Position numbers and translations under genes: made by a program
The notes under the pieces: generated by a model
Told to the model about the DNA's origin: nothing
Database searches by the model: none
Seen by the model: the letters and a program-made list of their open reading frames with translations, nothing else
DNA from: Chloroflexota bacterium
GTDB taxonomy: Bacteria > Chloroflexota > Anaerolineae > Aggregatilineales > Phototrophicaceae
Assembly (NCBI GenBank): GCA_003695675.1
Contig: RFIA01000194.1
Coordinates: 11,964 to 75,963, forward strand
Length of the DNA stretch: 64,000 nucleotides
Reading direction: 5' to 3'
Shown: positions 47,240 through 56,137 of the stretch, in pieces
Numbering within the stretch: the first letter of the stretch is position 1
How the letters are laid out: each line of letters begins with the position of its first letter

Positions 47240-48496
47240 ATGCACAACCACGAGCGCACAAATAGTTATCTCGGCCCAGACGGAGCACCGTATCATGGCG
47301 GGCATCTACTTCATAATTTGATTCTCTTCGGGCGTTTGTGCCACGCACTCGGTATGGACATCACGCCGAATCGAATGATTGAAGTCTCGCGAGCACTTGA
47401 ATTCATTGACGTGAGTAAGAAACAGGATGTCTATCACACGCTGCGCACATTGATGGTCACGCGCAAACGCGACCTCGAATTGTTTGACGAAGCCTTCAAA
47501 CACTTCTGGCAAAAACCAGCAGAGGGTTGGACAACGCTCGACCTACAATCGCTCGGCGAGAAACGTCACAAAAAGAAAACGCAATTTCTGCCACCACCCG
47601 GCGCCTCACCTGAAAATGAACATTCACCAGAACCTAAACCGGCAGCAGACCCGAAGCTTATCGCTGTTGTACCGACATATAGCCAACAAGAGGCATTACG
47701 TTACAAAGACTTCGCCGAGATGACGCGCGAAGAAATGTTGATGGCGCAGCGTATCATGGAACGCTTACCGTGGTCACTCGGTCGGCGGACTGTGCGGCGT
47801 ATGAAGCCGGGCAAGGGCGCAACACTCGATATGCGCCGCGCCCTGCGAGAGAATATGAAGCATTCCGGCGAAATCATCAACATTCCGACTCGCGTCCGCA
47901 AAATCAAACCGCGTCCGCTCGTCGTCATCTCGGACATCAGTGGGAGCATGGAACGCTACACTCGGATGCTGCTGCATTTCACATTCACACTCGCGAACAG
48001 TATCTATCAAGTCGAGGCCTTTGTCTTCAGCACGAATCTGAGTCACATCACCCGACAAATCGAACGTCGGTCGATTGACGAAGCCTTGACCGAAGTCGGC
48101 AATAGTGTCAACAGTTGGGGAGGTGGTACCAATACAGGCGCGTCGCTGCATGATTTCAATTATCATTGGGGCAGACGAGTGCTCGGTCGGGGCGCAGTGG
48201 TCATCCTCATCACCGATGGTTGGGACAGAGGCGAGCCGGATGAACTACGCAAAGAAATGGCACGGCTACAGCGTAATTGTTACCGCTTGATATGGCTCAA
48301 CCCATTGCTCGAAGCGCCCGAATATGAACCACTGACGCGCGGCGCACAGGCCATGCTGCCATTCGTAGACGACTTCTTGCCGATACGCAATCTCGCCAAT
48401 TTGGAAACTCTCGTCAGGAAACTGTGGCGTGTTAGTTGGCGACGACCGGAGCGTCCCTCTTATAGCCACTTGATTCAGACAACGGGTATGGATTAA
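47240..48496 (+). CDS. coxE: VWA domain protein (CoxE-like)
   Basis: 418 aa. The C-terminal VWA domain has an MIDAS motif (VVISDISGSM). Partner of the MoxR ATPase. Confidence 0.85.
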   Translation: MHNHERTNSYLGPDGAPYHGGHLLHNLILFGRLCHALGMDITPNRMIEVSRALEFIDVSKKQDVYHTLRTLMVTRKRDLELFDEAFKHFWQKPAEGWTTLDLQSLGEKRHKKKTQFLPPPGASPENEHSPEPKPAADPKLIAVVPTYSQQEALRYKDFAEMTREEMLMAQRIMERLPWSLGRRTVRRMKPGKGATLDMRRALRENMKHSGEIINIPTRVRKIKPRPLVVISDISGSMERYTRMLLHFTFTLANSIYQVEAFVFSTNLSHITRQIERRSIDEALTEVGNSVNSWGGGTNTGASLHDFNYHWGRRVLGRGAVVILITDGWDRGEPDELRKEMARLQRNCYRLIWLNPLLEAPEYEPLTRGAQAMLPFVDDFLPIRNLANLETLVRKLWRVSWRRPERPSYSHLIQTTGMD

Positions 48497-48513
48497 CGGA
48501 ACGAGAAATAATT

Positions 48514-49464
48514 ATGGAAGAACAACTCAAAGTTGCAGTCGTACAGGCGGCATCCGTCTTTGCCGACAAAGCCGCATCGACACAAAAAGCGGTTGACCTC
48601 ATCGGCGAAGCCGGTAGCGCGGGCGCAAAACTCATCGTCTTTCCTGAAACATTCATTTCGGGTTATCCGCGTGGCTTTGCCTTTGGTTCTTACGTCGGCG
48701 AACGTCGGCCTGAAGGACGCGATGATTGGTCACGCTATTGGCGCAGTGCAGTGCGCATACCTGACGAGAGCATTCAGGCATTGACCGACGCCGCCAGCGC
48801 TGCGGGTGCGTATATTGTCATCGGTGTCGTCGAACAAGATGAAACACCACCCCACGCGACACTATACAACACGACGTTGTATATCGGGCCAAATGGCGCA
48901 TTGCTCGGCAAGCATCGCAAAATCAAACCAACTGGCGTTGAGCGTTTAATCTACGGCGAAGGCGATGGCAGCACATTGACCGCCATCGAAACGCCGTATG
49001 GTTGTATGGGGGGGCTTATCTGCTGGGAAAATTATATGCCACTCGCACGCATGGCAATGTATGGCAAGGGCGTCAAGTTATACATCACACCCACGGCTGA
49101 TGCTCGCGATAGTTGGCAAGCGACGATTCGTCATATCGCCTGCGAAGGACGCTGCTTTGTACTCTCGTGCAATCAATATTTCCACAAAGCGATGTACCCG
49201 ACCGACCTCGCTTGTTATGACGAACTCGCGGGCACACCAGACAACATTTGTCGCGGTGGCAGCGCAATTGTTGACCCGTTCGGCAATTATGTTGCCGAGC
49301 CACTATACGATCAAGAGGGTATCCTTTACGCCAACCTCGACTTAACATTGATTGAACGCGGGCATCTTGACTTTGATGTCGTCGGTCATTATGCACGCCC
49401 AGATATTTTCTCGTTGACAATCAACGAACAACCGCAGCAATCCGTAATTCGCAATGCAAAGTGA
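48514..49464 (+). CDS. Nitrilase (carbon-nitrogen hydrolase branch 1)
   Basis: 316 aa with the Glu-Lys-Cys triad context: VFPETF, HRKIKPT and GGLICWENYMP. Confidence 0.85.
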   Translation: MEEQLKVAVVQAASVFADKAASTQKAVDLIGEAGSAGAKLIVFPETFISGYPRGFAFGSYVGERRPEGRDDWSRYWRSAVRIPDESIQALTDAASAAGAYIVIGVVEQDETPPHATLYNTTLYIGPNGALLGKHRKIKPTGVERLIYGEGDGSTLTAIETPYGCMGGLICWENYMPLARMAMYGKGVKLYITPTADARDSWQATIRHIACEGRCFVLSCNQYFHKAMYPTDLACYDELAGTPDNICRGGSAIVDPFGNYVAEPLYDQEGILYANLDLTLIERGHLDFDVVGHYARPDIFSLTINEQPQQSVIRNAK

Positions 49465-49485
49465 GCAACAAGCAAAATAGGCAAA

Positions 49486-50511
49486 ATGATGTATGACATT
49501 CTTGAAACCGTAGAAAAGTGGTTACAAAACAACCAGCAAATTGCACTGGCAACGGTTGTTGAAACGTGGGGGTCTGCCCCGCGACGAGTCGGTGCGAAGA
49601 TGGCCGTCACTCAAGAGATGGCGATGGTCGGCTCGGTCAGTGGTGGTTGTGTCGAGACAGCAGTTATCGACGAAGCATTGCAAAGCCTTGAGGATGGTAG
49701 ACCTCGTTTGCTCGGTTTTGGCGTCAGCGATGATGAGGCATGGGATGTTGGCTTAGCGTGTGGCGGTAAAATCTCGGTATACGTCGAACCGCTCAACACA
49801 AAGTGGTGGCAGATTGTCTGTGACGCAGCACATAACGATCAATCCATCACCACAATCAGTGTACTCGACGGCGAATTGGCTGGAGAAAAAATCGTCACAA
49901 ATAGCGATTCAAATATCCTCTATGTGACCGACAACTTGTCACAGGAACATCAATCCACATTACTCAGCGCCATTGACGGTCAGGCACAATCCAATCGGCA
50001 GACAATCAGCGAATTAGATGTGCTCATCGATGTACAACAATCGCGCCCAAAATTGATTATCATCGGCGGGGCGCATGTGGCGATGGCGCTCAAAAATTAC
50101 GCACATATTCTTGGCTTCGCGGTTGTCCTCATTGACCCACGTCGCGCTTTCGCAAGTGAGGGCCGCTTCCCGGACGTGTCAACCATTTTGCACAGCTACC
50201 CGGACAAGGCACTTGAGCAAATCGGCCTCGACAACAACAGTTACGTCGCTATCTTGACGCATGATCCCAAAATTGATGACCCCGCATTGCGCACAGCCCT
50301 ACCGAGCAAAGCGCCGTATGTCGGCGTCTTGAGCAGCAGACGAACGCATGAAAAACGCATCAAGCGTTTGACCGAAGCGGGCGTAGACCCGGCATTACTC
50401 AAACGCATTCATACACCGATTGGTCTCGACATTGGCGCACAAACGCCGGAAGAAATTGCACTGGCGATTATGGCGCAAATTGTCGCCGTGCGGAATGGAG
50501 TACAATCGTGA
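49486..50511 (+). CDS. XdhC/CoxI family molybdenum-cofactor insertion chaperone
   Basis: 341 aa. N-terminal XdhC_CoxI pattern (LATVVETWGSAPRRVGAKM) and a C-terminal Rossmann-like domain (LIIIGGAHVA). Confidence 0.85.
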   Translation: MMYDILETVEKWLQNNQQIALATVVETWGSAPRRVGAKMAVTQEMAMVGSVSGGCVETAVIDEALQSLEDGRPRLLGFGVSDDEAWDVGLACGGKISVYVEPLNTKWWQIVCDAAHNDQSITTISVLDGELAGEKIVTNSDSNILYVTDNLSQEHQSTLLSAIDGQAQSNRQTISELDVLIDVQQSRPKLIIIGGAHVAMALKNYAHILGFAVVLIDPRRAFASEGRFPDVSTILHSYPDKALEQIGLDNNSYVAILTHDPKIDDPALRTALPSKAPYVGVLSSRRTHEKRIKRLTEAGVDPALLKRIHTPIGLDIGAQTPEEIALAIMAQIVAVRNGVQS

Positions 50512-51524
50512 AGTTCGGCCCGGTGCCGGTCGAGGAAGCGGTGGGCAAAATCCTCGCGCATAAACTCGTCGATGATGATGGGCGCAAAATTTTCAACAAG
50601 GGTCATCGCCTGACACAAGCGGATATTCACATATTGCGCGAACTTCATCTTGACCGAGTGGTTGTCGCTGACCTCGCAGCAACGGATTTGCACGAAAACG
50701 ACGCAGCACGACGAGTTGGCTGTGCAATTGCTGGCACGAATGTGAAAGTAACTGCGCCGGGCGCCGGGCGGGCGAATTTAACGGCAAAAGTCGCAGGCCC
50801 TTTGTCGATTAATGTGCCCCTACTCGATCAACTGAATAACATCGATCCCGGCATCACAATTGCGACTCTCCACGAGCATACCCTTGTGCAACCCCGACAA
50901 CTTGTGGCGCTCGTCAAGATTGTCCCCTTCGGCATCCCTGCTGCTCGTGTCGTCGATGCTGAAGCATTGACGAAAGAACACGGGCCGGTCATTCATGTCC
51001 GTCCACTAAAGCCACGCTCAGTCGGGTTAATTATCTCAGGGACGAGGAGCACACGCGATAAATTGCTCAACGAATTCGCACCGCCAACCAAGATGCGACT
51101 CACAAAACTTGGCAGCACACTCGACGAGATGCGCTATGTCGAACATCGTTCAGATGTCATCGCGGAAACATTATGTCAAATGGCAGATAATGGGCGTGAA
51201 CTCATTCTCGTTGCGGGAATCTCAGCGATTATTGATTATGAAGATGTTGTGCCGACTGCATTGCAACTCGCTGGCGGCAGCGTGACGCATTTCGGCGTCC
51301 CGGTTGACCCCGGCACATTGCTCATGCTCGGTTATATCGGCGATGTACCGGTCATCGGCGCACCGGGCTGCATCAAATCACCGAAGACCAATGTCATCGA
51401 TTGGATCCTCCCTCGCCTACTCGCAGGCGAACGCCTAACTCGTGCCGATCTCGTCAAGATGGGGCACGGCGGTTTGCTCGAAGACATCAGCACTCGCCCG
51501 ATGCCACGCACTTTAACGGACTGA
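50508..51524 (+). CDS. Molybdopterin-binding (MoCF_BD/MoeA-domain-like) protein
   Basis: 338 aa. The GTG start overlaps the XdhC stop (GTGA). GVPVDPGTLLMLGYIGDVPVIGAPGC resembles the MoeA/MogA cofactor-binding fold. Confidence 0.7.
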   Translation: MKFGPVPVEEAVGKILAHKLVDDDGRKIFNKGHRLTQADIHILRELHLDRVVVADLAATDLHENDAARRVGCAIAGTNVKVTAPGAGRANLTAKVAGPLSINVPLLDQLNNIDPGITIATLHEHTLVQPRQLVALVKIVPFGIPAARVVDAEALTKEHGPVIHVRPLKPRSVGLIISGTRSTRDKLLNEFAPPTKMRLTKLGSTLDEMRYVEHRSDVIAETLCQMADNGRELILVAGISAIIDYEDVVPTALQLAGGSVTHFGVPVDPGTLLMLGYIGDVPVIGAPGCIKSPKTNVIDWILPRLLAGERLTRADLVKMGHGGLLEDISTRPMPRTLTD

Positions 51525-51530
51525 AAACAA

Positions 51531-52493
51531 TCAACTTGAATGTAAATCATTGATGCGTTCATATCGATTTCGGTCAGGCATTTTCGGCGGTAGATGTGCA
51601 ATGTCGGTTTCACTAAGACGCAATCGTCCGTCGTGTATAACAACGACACCATATTGAATGCCATCTGCAAAGGCTTGATAGACCAAATCCATCATTTCGT
51701 TCGCAAGCCATCGGTCACGATATGATGGACGACTGCCTCGCTGCGCATGGCCGAGACGAGTATCGCGCAACCGTAGATGATGATTTGAATGCAGAGTATC
51801 AATCAATGTACGACTTGAAGCGATACCCTCGCCATAAACAAGCAGCGCGTGTTGAAATTTATCAAGTGCTTGTCGTAAACGATCAACAAGCCATTGTTCA
51901 TCAAAGTCGTATTCGGGCAACAACACAGCATGAGCACCGACAGCCTGCGCAATTTGCAACGCAAGAATTCCACTCCTCCCGCCGAGTGTCTCAACAACGA
52001 AGCCGCGTCCGGGTAGTCCATACGCTGTGGCGAGAATACCGTCAATTGCGCTGATGGCATAATTGCACGCCGAGTCAAATCCGAGCGTTTCATCCGTACC
52101 GGGCACATCATTGTCAATCGTCGTCGGGATGCCGATACACGGCACAGCCATCACCGAGACAATAGGCAAAACATGACGCATTGTCCCATCGCCGCCAAAT
52201 AAAACAATGCCATCAATCGCATACTTTTCGAGGATAGATTTTATCTTTGCGCGGCGACTCACACCATTGAGAACAGGTTCGCGACTCGATGGCAAATACG
52301 AACCGCCTGAACCGATTGTTGGCATCAGTAACGTAGGGGACAGCTCAACAATTTGCTCGTTAAGAAGACCTAAAAAACCACCTGATGCGCCGTACAAAAC
52401 ATCATCATTGGATTCCACCAACCGTGAAAGATGAAATAAAGCGGCGTTGATGCCCGGTGCATCGCCACCGCTCACAACTGCGAGAATATTCAT
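51531..52493 (-). CDS. pfkA: 6-phosphofructokinase (PfkA family; GGDG motif suggests ATP-dependent type)
   Basis: 320 aa with SGGDAPGINAAL, FGGDGT and PTTIDND. Confidence 0.9.
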   Translation of the reverse strand: MNILAVVSGGDAPGINAALFHLSRLVESNDDVLYGASGGFLGLLNEQIVELSPTLLMPTIGSGGSYLPSSREPVLNGVSRRAKIKSILEKYAIDGIVLFGGDGTMRHVLPIVSVMAVPCIGIPTTIDNDVPGTDETLGFDSACNYAISAIDGILATAYGLPGRGFVVETLGGRSGILALQIAQAVGAHAVLLPEYDFDEQWLVDRLRQALDKFQHALLVYGEGIASSRTLIDTLHSNHHLRLRDTRLGHAQRGSRPSYRDRWLANEMMDLVYQAFADGIQYGVVVIHDGRLRLSETDIAHLPPKMPDRNRYERINDLHSS

Positions 52494-52512
52494 TCAGGTC
52501 ACTTTGAGCGTA

Positions 52513-53787
52513 TTACGATTCGATGACACCGACCGGACGATAAGTGTGCTCAGGAAAAACAATTCCAAGATCAGTCTGCTCGGTACGCATCGTCAAAATT
52601 TCGCCGAGTACATCGCGGTAATCGGTCGTGATTTCAAGATCGCCATCAGCGAGAAAATTTGGATTGAGTCCCGGCCACTCACCAATAACCGGCGTATTTG
52701 AAACGTGCGATCCCATCACATACATGACGCCACCATGTCCGTGATCGGTTCCACCGGCCCCATTTTCCTGTACTCGTCGTCCGAATTCAGACATAGCGAC
52801 GACAGTAACACGATCCATCTCATTGAGCAAATCATCATGAAAAGCGCGAAGATTCGTCGCGAATTCGGTCACAAGGCCGGGGAAGAAACCGACGCCTTCA
52901 TGCACCGTGACGCCTTGTGTGATATGCGTATCGAAGTTGCCAAGATCAATACACGACACTTCGAGACCCACATCGGCTTTGATGAGTGCGGCAGTTTGTT
53001 TGAGCGCCCGTCCGAAGTCCGTCTCGGAATATACCGCATCATTTGCAGGTATATAAGCATCGACATCAATGCGACCAACTGTATCAAGGGTCTCAATCGT
53101 TGCCGCTGCTGCCGCATCTAAAGGGCTTTCGCTGTTATTGTAAAGCGTGGACAGCGCCGCCGCCATGCGGTCAGATTGCGTCTCATCACCATGCAAATGA
53201 AAATCTGTGATTGAGCGAAAAGCATTTGCTGAAACATAACCGCGCAAACTTGTCGGCAATTTCTCGTCCCAACCGATAGCGCGAAGCGGCGAGTCTTGGG
53301 GTGTCGAAGTGGCTTGCAAATGTCGCCCAAGCCAGCCCGTTGTCGCTCCACTTTCGCCATCGGTGCCGCGCTCCAACAAGTCCATCGCTTCGAAATGACT
53401 ACGAGAAACTTTCGGCGCACCAACAGCATGAATCGCGGTCAAATGTCCAGCAGTGAACAAATCATATAGAGCAATCATGTCGGGATTGAGGCCAAAGAAA
53501 TCATTCAAAGCTAACACACGGCTATCGTCGTTGCTATCGGGTCGCCCCAATGCGAGTGTCGCACGAGCGCGATAATAATCGTCATCACCAAATGGCACAA
53601 TCATATTCAGGGCATCGGCACCGCCACGCAGAAAGATACATACAAGCACATCACCCGAAACACCATTCTGTGCAAAGGCCAAGCGGGGCATCCACGACGG
53701 CCAAATCGTTTGCATCGCCGCATACGTGCTGACGGCTGCCGTTGCTTTCAACATATCGCGCCGTGATAAAAGCGGTTTTTCTGCCAT
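52513..53787 (-). CDS. DUF1501 family protein (sulfatase/alkaline-phosphatase-like fold) with twin-arginine signal
   Basis: The ATG at 53787 has AGGAG 7 nt upstream. SRRDMLKATAAV Tat motif. FLRGGADALN, NFDTH and SEFGRRVQENGAGGTDHGHGG hallmarks. Confidence 0.8.
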   Translation of the reverse strand: MAEKPLLSRRDMLKATAAVSTYAAMQTIWPSWMPRLAFAQNGVSGDVLVCIFLRGGADALNMIVPFGDDDYYRARATLALGRPDSNDDSRVLALNDFFGLNPDMIALYDLFTAGHLTAIHAVGAPKVSRSHFEAMDLLERGTDGESGATTGWLGRHLQATSTPQDSPLRAIGWDEKLPTSLRGYVSANAFRSITDFHLHGDETQSDRMAAALSTLYNNSESPLDAAAAATIETLDTVGRIDVDAYIPANDAVYSETDFGRALKQTAALIKADVGLEVSCIDLGNFDTHITQGVTVHEGVGFFPGLVTEFATNLRAFHDDLLNEMDRVTVVAMSEFGRRVQENGAGGTDHGHGGVMYVMGSHVSNTPVIGEWPGLNPNFLADGDLEITTDYRDVLGEILTMRTEQTDLGIVFPEHTYRPVGVIES

Positions 53788-53817
53788 TGTTCGTCTCCTC
53801 ATTTTCACATCACCGAT

Positions 53818-55278
53818 TCATCGCCATTGAAAGGCCGGGCTAGCCGCCAACAAACCAAGCACTTCACGAGCTTGCAAAGTGTCCGTTTCGGCTACGTCCC
53901 GCAATATCATTACTTCGTTTGGCAAAAGATCGCGCTTGAGTAATAACCTGCCAAAATAATTCAAGGCTTCTACGTCATCGATATGAACCCGCCCGACATC
54001 GGCAAGCGCTTCGACATCAATATTAATGCCCGGCAAGCTCCCCGTGAAGGCGTCAATCATCAAATTCCAGCGTCCAAGTTGATTGCCCGTCCACTCCAAC
54101 GCAGTATCCGGGAAGCCATCGGGAGTCGGCCAGCCAAATGGTCGATGCCCCAATTGATCGAGGCGATTAATCGCACCATTGTCGCCGTTATAACTCGCAT
54201 TTGTCACCCGCAACAACGAAACCAACAGCTCATAGGGGCGCTTGAGTTTTGGCGGCGCAGTCTCAAATTCGGGATGTGTGAAAATCGCCCGCAACACAGG
54301 CGCAATATCACCATTGTTCCCGCGCCATGCACGCACTGCCGCATCAACGATACTTTCGGGTGGGTCATCTGCGACAAGACGCCGCACCAATTTCGTACAG
54401 ACAAATCGCGGTGTTGCGGGATGTTCGAGCAGTATATCAAGCACGCGGTCGCCGTCGCTAACCCCATCGTCCGAACGAATGATGTGCCCCAACACACGCT
54501 TTTCATCGAAATCATGCCAATTACTGATGAATATGAATTCGCCGCGTTCATTGATCGACCACCCCGTGAAGCAGCGAGCAACTTCCTTGATGTCATGCTC
54601 CGTATATCCGCCATCGACGCCCAGCGTATGCAGTTCCATAATCTCACGTGCGTAATTTTCGTTAGGATGACTCTTCTCGTTGGCAACGTTATCGAGATAA
54701 ACCAGCATTGCCGGACTATGTGCAGACGCCCGCAACATATCGCCAAAGTTTCCAAGGGCGTGGGGTCGAATCACTTCACGGTCGTCAACGGTTTTTAGAT
54801 TCGCTGTATCACCTTTGAAGTGGTAAATATTGAAGTGATCGCTCCAAAACCCGACCATAACTTCGTACAATTGACGTTCTGAATAAACAGCGCGGACAAG
54901 TGTCATCGCGGCGAGTTCGTCACGCACATAACGTCGGTCGGCACGGCTGCGAAAGGACAGTAAATCGCGCGGCTTCATGCGCAATGTGTCAAAGCGTCGC
55001 AAGCGTAAAGTAACAGTATCCTCATCAATCGATGTGTAATCGAGTTGTTGTTCTAGCCAGCTATCACGCCCTATCGCACGCACTCGAGCAATCTGTCCCG
55101 GACGTGGGCCATACGTCGCCCGATTGAGTAGATGCGCAACTGGATCGCGTTCGACGCCGGTCGGCGGTAACACAACCGATGGGAGGTCGGGTTGTGTATA
55201 ACTGTTGATCGCACTCGCACAACCAGCAGCGCTCAAGGTTATCGCACTTAAAAAAGCGCGTCGCGTCAATCTATTCAT
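53818..55278 (-). CDS. DUF1800 family protein with Tat-like signal
   Basis: 486 aa with TRRAFLSAITLSAAGC at the N-terminus. FWSDHFN, SPAMLVYLD and NENYAREIMELHTLGVDGGYTE hallmarks. Confidence 0.75.
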   Translation of the reverse strand: MNRLTRRAFLSAITLSAAGCASAINSYTQPDLPSVVLPPTGVERDPVAHLLNRATYGPRPGQIARVRAIGRDSWLEQQLDYTSIDEDTVTLRLRRFDTLRMKPRDLLSFRSRADRRYVRDELAAMTLVRAVYSERQLYEVMVGFWSDHFNIYHFKGDTANLKTVDDREVIRPHALGNFGDMLRASAHSPAMLVYLDNVANEKSHPNENYAREIMELHTLGVDGGYTEHDIKEVARCFTGWSINERGEFIFISNWHDFDEKRVLGHIIRSDDGVSDGDRVLDILLEHPATPRFVCTKLVRRLVADDPPESIVDAAVRAWRGNNGDIAPVLRAIFTHPEFETAPPKLKRPYELLVSLLRVTNASYNGDNGAINRLDQLGHRPFGWPTPDGFPDTALEWTGNQLGRWNLMIDAFTGSLPGINIDVEALADVGRVHIDDVEALNYFGRLLLKRDLLPNEVMILRDVAETDTLQAREVLGLLAASPAFQWR

Positions 55279-55823
55279 GATTGATGTGCTACCGTATCAT
55301 CAAAGGTGAACTGCTCAACCGGCGCATGAACCACCTCACGCTGTTCTCCCCGACGAAAACGCGCCAATAATGTCGCACCGGTACCGACTATAAGACCGAG
55401 TGGCAAGACGACAAACCATCCCACCAATGGGAATGCTATCGCCAAGGTGAGCACAACCGCACCAACGACTTGTTCCAACAAAGGATTTTCATCACGTTCA
55501 GTCAGGCCGCTGAGTTTTGCCCCAATCATCCGCGAGATCGCGGCCAGTCCTGTGAAACCCCACGTCAACAACCAAAGATACATGATGAAACCAATCAACT
55601 GAAAAATACTCCCCAGTGAAATCAACGCCGTTGCAATCGCAACAAGTATCACTGCCGGGACAAGTCCGGCAAAAAATGGCACAAGTGTACCCCGTTGCAA
55701 TCGTTGCGCCGCACCGCGAGTCGTCTTGCCAAAAATTAGGTTGAGGAAGATAAACAGCGCGGGCAAGGCTGCAACCAACCCTGCTAAACACCCCACTAGA
55801 ACAATTGCATCGCCAATACCCAT
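55275..55823 (-). CDS. Hypothetical integral membrane protein (4-5 TM helices)
   Basis: 182 aa. RBS GAGAGGA. The stop overlaps the DUF1800 start (ATGA, 55275-55278). I recognise no family. Confidence 0.6.
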   Translation of the reverse strand: MGIGDAIVLVGCLAGLVAALPALFIFLNLIFGKTTRGAAQRLQRGTLVPFFAGLVPAVILVAIATALISLGSIFQLIGFIMYLWLLTWGFTGLAAISRMIGAKLSGLTERDENPLLEQVVGAVVLTLAIAFPLVGWFVVLPLGLIVGTGATLLARFRRGEQREVVHAPVEQFTFDDTVAHQS

Positions 55824-56137
55824 GTTGTGTCCTCTCTACAATCGAGTTATTTGATTTCACCCCAATATACGAGTCATATTGAATCGCGTTTCGTTATGAT
55901 TTTGTTTGTATTGGGTCGGCAATCTCACGCTATGTAGACGCGCCGCAATCTGTGACATCGAAACGGTTTTTGCATGGCGCATATCCTACCGATTTCTTCA
56001 CATCTTTTGCATCTTTGCGATTGATTCTCTTTGATATATGAGTAGCAAATGATGAAAACCGTCGCTCGATAATCATCTGATTGATCTATGGGGATGTCGG
56101 TCGTGAGGGATATGTGGCGGCGAGTCGTGCTCGTTTG

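Noticed and set aside
55861-55915. Inverted repeat CCCAATA-N41-TATTGGG, with a nested AATAT/ATATT pair, in the 314-nt gap upstream of the DUF1800/1501 operon
   Set aside because: The arms are short, lie in AT-rich DNA and have a long spacer. I cannot distinguish this from chance by eye. No ORF of 60 aa or more and no RNA-like structure was evident in the gap.
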